DNA from: Fistulifera solaris
Taxonomy: Eukaryota
DNA: 64,000 bases
Direction of reading: 5' to 3'
Assembly: GCA_030295235.1 (NCBI GenBank)
Contig: AP026176.1
Span: 62,001-126,000 of the forward strand
Shown: positions 60,820 through 64,000 of the stretch, piece by piece
Layout of the letters: the number at the start of each line of letters is the position of its first letter
How positions within the stretch are numbered: position 1 is the stretch's first letter
Position numbers and translations under genes: made by a program
Notes under the pieces: model-generated
Database searches by the model: none
What the model saw: only the letters and a program-made list of their open reading frames with translations
What the model was told of the DNA's origin: nothing

Positions 60820-63800
60820 AGCGAAAGAACGACAGGGAGACTATGTATTTGCATAAAAATTAGCGCGTAAATTGTTGTCTTTGATATTTTGGCAGCCATA
60901 TTTCTTTGATAAAAGGTCTATTTTAGAAAACAATGAAATGAACGTGTTGAAAGAATAGCTATAGGAGTGATTCGGATTCGGATGCAGTAGGCACGAGCCT
61001 CTTTAGCCCATCACCGAGACACGAAATAATTGAAACACGAACGTCTTGTGCCACGTCCTTCCCGTGAGGCGCATCGCGTGCGTCAGGAGTCAGGAGGCCC
61101 ATGGGAATAAATTCTTCTCTGTTGTCGAACGGCTTCTGATTTTTATTATGGCCGCTATCAGTCATCGTCTCCGCAATTCCGCTGAGCCAAATAAGTACAG
61201 TAGCACTATGCATAATTTCTTCAAGAGTACTTATTTGTAACACGACGGAAAGCGAAAAAATTAAACAAAAATAGATGCCTCCGAAATCCAAAGCCGGATT
61301 TCATTCCCAATCTACACAAGAGCTTATAGCCGAAATTACCACGAAAGCGCATCATGCTTCATCATCATTCCTTGAAGTGCCACGCCATTGTTTTATTGCC
61401 TCTTTTGTACAATTTTCTGCGAGAATCCTGAAAAGGGAATTAAGATTTAGCGGTGTCATCGAAAACTTCTTTTGTCGTATAGAACAAAGTGTATGGAATG
61501 GGCACTGAACGCAGAGCAAATGTCAATGTCGGTTGTCGGTGCCAGCTGTCATCTGTCGTCTTCACGTCCCAAAGCAAAAAAAAACAAAAAACAAAACGAT
61601 GCTGTTTTTTTTTACCTTCGTTGATTCTTCTTGCTCTCTCGTGCCATTCACTTTCCATTCGACCCGCAACCGCGGCCTTCTTTGAAAGCAATAGTAGTAT
61701 ATTTACTTTTGCAACGTAATGATGATTCACGAAAAGCAAGATACGGAAGGACCCGTTCGAACGAACGCACATCAGCTGGTGGCGCGACTTTCACCAAATC
61801 CAAACGTTAACACTCCCACGCGCACCCCTACTTCGGAGTCAACAGCAAAGAGAACGACTAATACAGATCCTCACCGAGGCTCTCGAGCTATTGAATGAAG
61901 ACTCGTGGAATTTCGAGGATGAGGATCGTTCTTCCGATGACAACAAGGCATCTTCGCATCAGCGGCGTTAGCTGCCGTTGCCGACTTGGGAAGCGAGGCA
62001 ACGATGCCTCTTTATAGATAACGTTTTTCTCAAAAATGAAATGGAGGGCTCTTGAAGTACAATGTTAACCCTCGGCGCGACTTGGTGGTAGAACTCGTGG
62101 CCCCGCAGATCGCCAATGCATGTAGATAATTTATCATACAGAACGAACTCGAAATAAATTTATACGGTGCTTAGCTTGGGTGCGGATCTCGCAGATGACG
62201 TGCCACTTTTTTGTGCTGCTTTGCATTCTTGTCATGGTCTAGGAGGCTCAGGTCGTCGTGTAACACACATTATTTCTTGGATATTTGAAACGATTCTCGT
62301 GCTTTCCAGCATTCCGCGGCTACAATACGCTCTCTGCGACCGAAACAGGAAAGCTCGTCCTCAGCAGACAATGATAATTTTTCCCATCAAGGCGAGCAAT
62401 AGCGACATTAACTTCCTTAAGCAGCTTTAATGTTCTACTTGGTCACTCCATGCAGTGCCGTTCACCAAATTTTATCATCCCTTGAGCAAGCCAGTTAAAC
62501 ACATATTATGTGTTATAATTCTCGTATCTTTGACAGTAGCTAAAAACAAACACGTATATGCCCCCAACGAAAGAGCTGCACATGCAGTGTAGCCGATGCT
62601 TGTCACAGCAAAGCGCTTGATTTTTCATCAGGGCAATATTTTAAACCATAGCCTTCACGAAGCTTTGTTCGGCTAACAGGAACCCGCCGAAACTAAATCT
62701 GCATCCTGCCTTGTCTTTGGTTCCACCGGCTTCTGGCATCCCGACAAAAAAACTGTTATCTCAATAAATCCAATTTAGAGCTCACGCGGGGCAGTTGTTT
62801 GGGCAAGCAGCATATGCCCACCCATCGTTCCGATCACTTAGCCAAAATGCAAAGATTCATCTTCGTCCCTCCTATTTAGCTATGTTTTTCGCCTCAAAAA
62901 GATGCTTGACTTTTCGGTCAGGAGCAGCGACAACGTTGAATTCAATTTGATGTTTTAGAATTACTGGTGTCGTCGAGAGTGGTCCCTTTAGCGATAGGTC
63001 GGATCCAACCTCTTCGGAGCATCGCACAGTAATCTTTCCCTTTTGTTTATCGTAGACGACGAGATGATGACTTTGTCTCCTCCTACTCACATTCGAGTTG
63101 GCAAGGATGCGTGTTGAGTCTTTATTGAGTGGTGTGTCGTCTTCTTGCGTCTCCATTTGCAATGCTGACGACAGACGACGCTGACCATTTTTCAGGCAGA
63201 TCACCTCGCCAGACCTTTATGATGCTTTTTATTCTATCACGCCTATGCATGTCGTCTCCCTCTCGTCGTGCTCATGGATTTCGTTGAAATAAAGGCATCA
63301 TTATTTAGAGGTAATGACTAGACTATCTCAATTCTCAATCCCCTTGCTCCTTGCTGTTTGTTTGCCTGTAGCTTGCAGCCTGCCGCATGTCCGCATTCTG
63401 CATGTCCGCATGTCGAATGTTGAATGTTGATTCTTCTAGAGCTCGAACAACAAACAACGAACAAGATGACTTAAATCATAAATACTCCGAGCTCCGAAAC
63501 TCCGAATTCGTAAGCTGTTAGCTGTTCCTATTCACTATTCTACATAGTAAAATGAAGAAGATGCTGAGATGATTGTTCTTTATGGTTTCGTCGGGTAGAA
63601 AGTAGGCCATTACTTTCAGTCACACTTTTAATAGAACCGGAAACGAGCATTCTTTTGCATCTTCTTTCCACCTACTTAATAAACATAGAGTGCCCGATGT
63701 CCTACGCGGCAGCAACATGAAGAAGTAGCGACGGCGAACAATACGAGGATGTAGAATGTAGAATAATGACACATGAGACATGACGTGGGCAATAAAGTGT

Positions 63801-64000
63801 ACAGGTTCCACAAAATATAGTAGAGAACATGTAGAATGAATAAAGAACAATACGGAGTAACAATAAATAATAGATACGTAAATTTGGTGACGTCGCTGTA
63901 TAGGCTGCCCATTGAAAGTTGCACATAATTCACAATTATCGCATTCATTATTTTCCGCACGCTCTCTACCACCCACCAGATCGTATGTTGTGGTAGACGA

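Noticed and set aside
62400..63204. 110-aa minus-strand ORF and downstream coding-like sequence
   Set aside because: Non-ATG start, stops immediately downstream and no recognisable domain; it may be a decayed gene but I cannot support a call.

Overview
Eukaryotic nuclear DNA, most likely from a pennate diatom. This is an inference from the compact genes with short GT-AG introns, a DUF6824 protein, a diatom-style HSF, secreted alpha-CA-like paralogues and a CDKC2-like kinase. About 22 protein genes are recognisable: a CDKC-like kinase, mitochondrial IF1, an MFS transporter, a CXXC-finger protein, a metallothionein-like peptide, a nucleotidyltransferase-like protein, LACS, a class I aminotransferase, CstF77, HSF, a class 3 lipase, SMU1, two alpha-CA-like genes, a NikA-like protein, Cas1/RWA-SGNH, Vps51, DUF6824, RFC5, Cdh1/FZR1 and PLAC8. 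Many are broken by 1-bp indels, mostly in homopolymers, which look like uncorrected long-read errors. Intergenic DNA holds four repeat families: 220-bp, 425-bp and 34-bp tandem arrays, and a dispersed palindrome-rich family with 210-bp and 368/369-bp arrays. It also holds two 5'-truncated CRE-like retrotransposon ends and a Helitron-like 3' end. The most notable items are a circularly permuted, membrane-anchored NikA, a candidate diatom metallothionein, an orphan nucleotidyltransferase-fold gene behind a higher-order array, a Cas1-type acetyltransferase with reversed domain order, and alpha-CA paralogues lacking two Zn ligands. I found no CRISPR array, tRNA or rRNA. All family assignments are from motif recall, without database searches.
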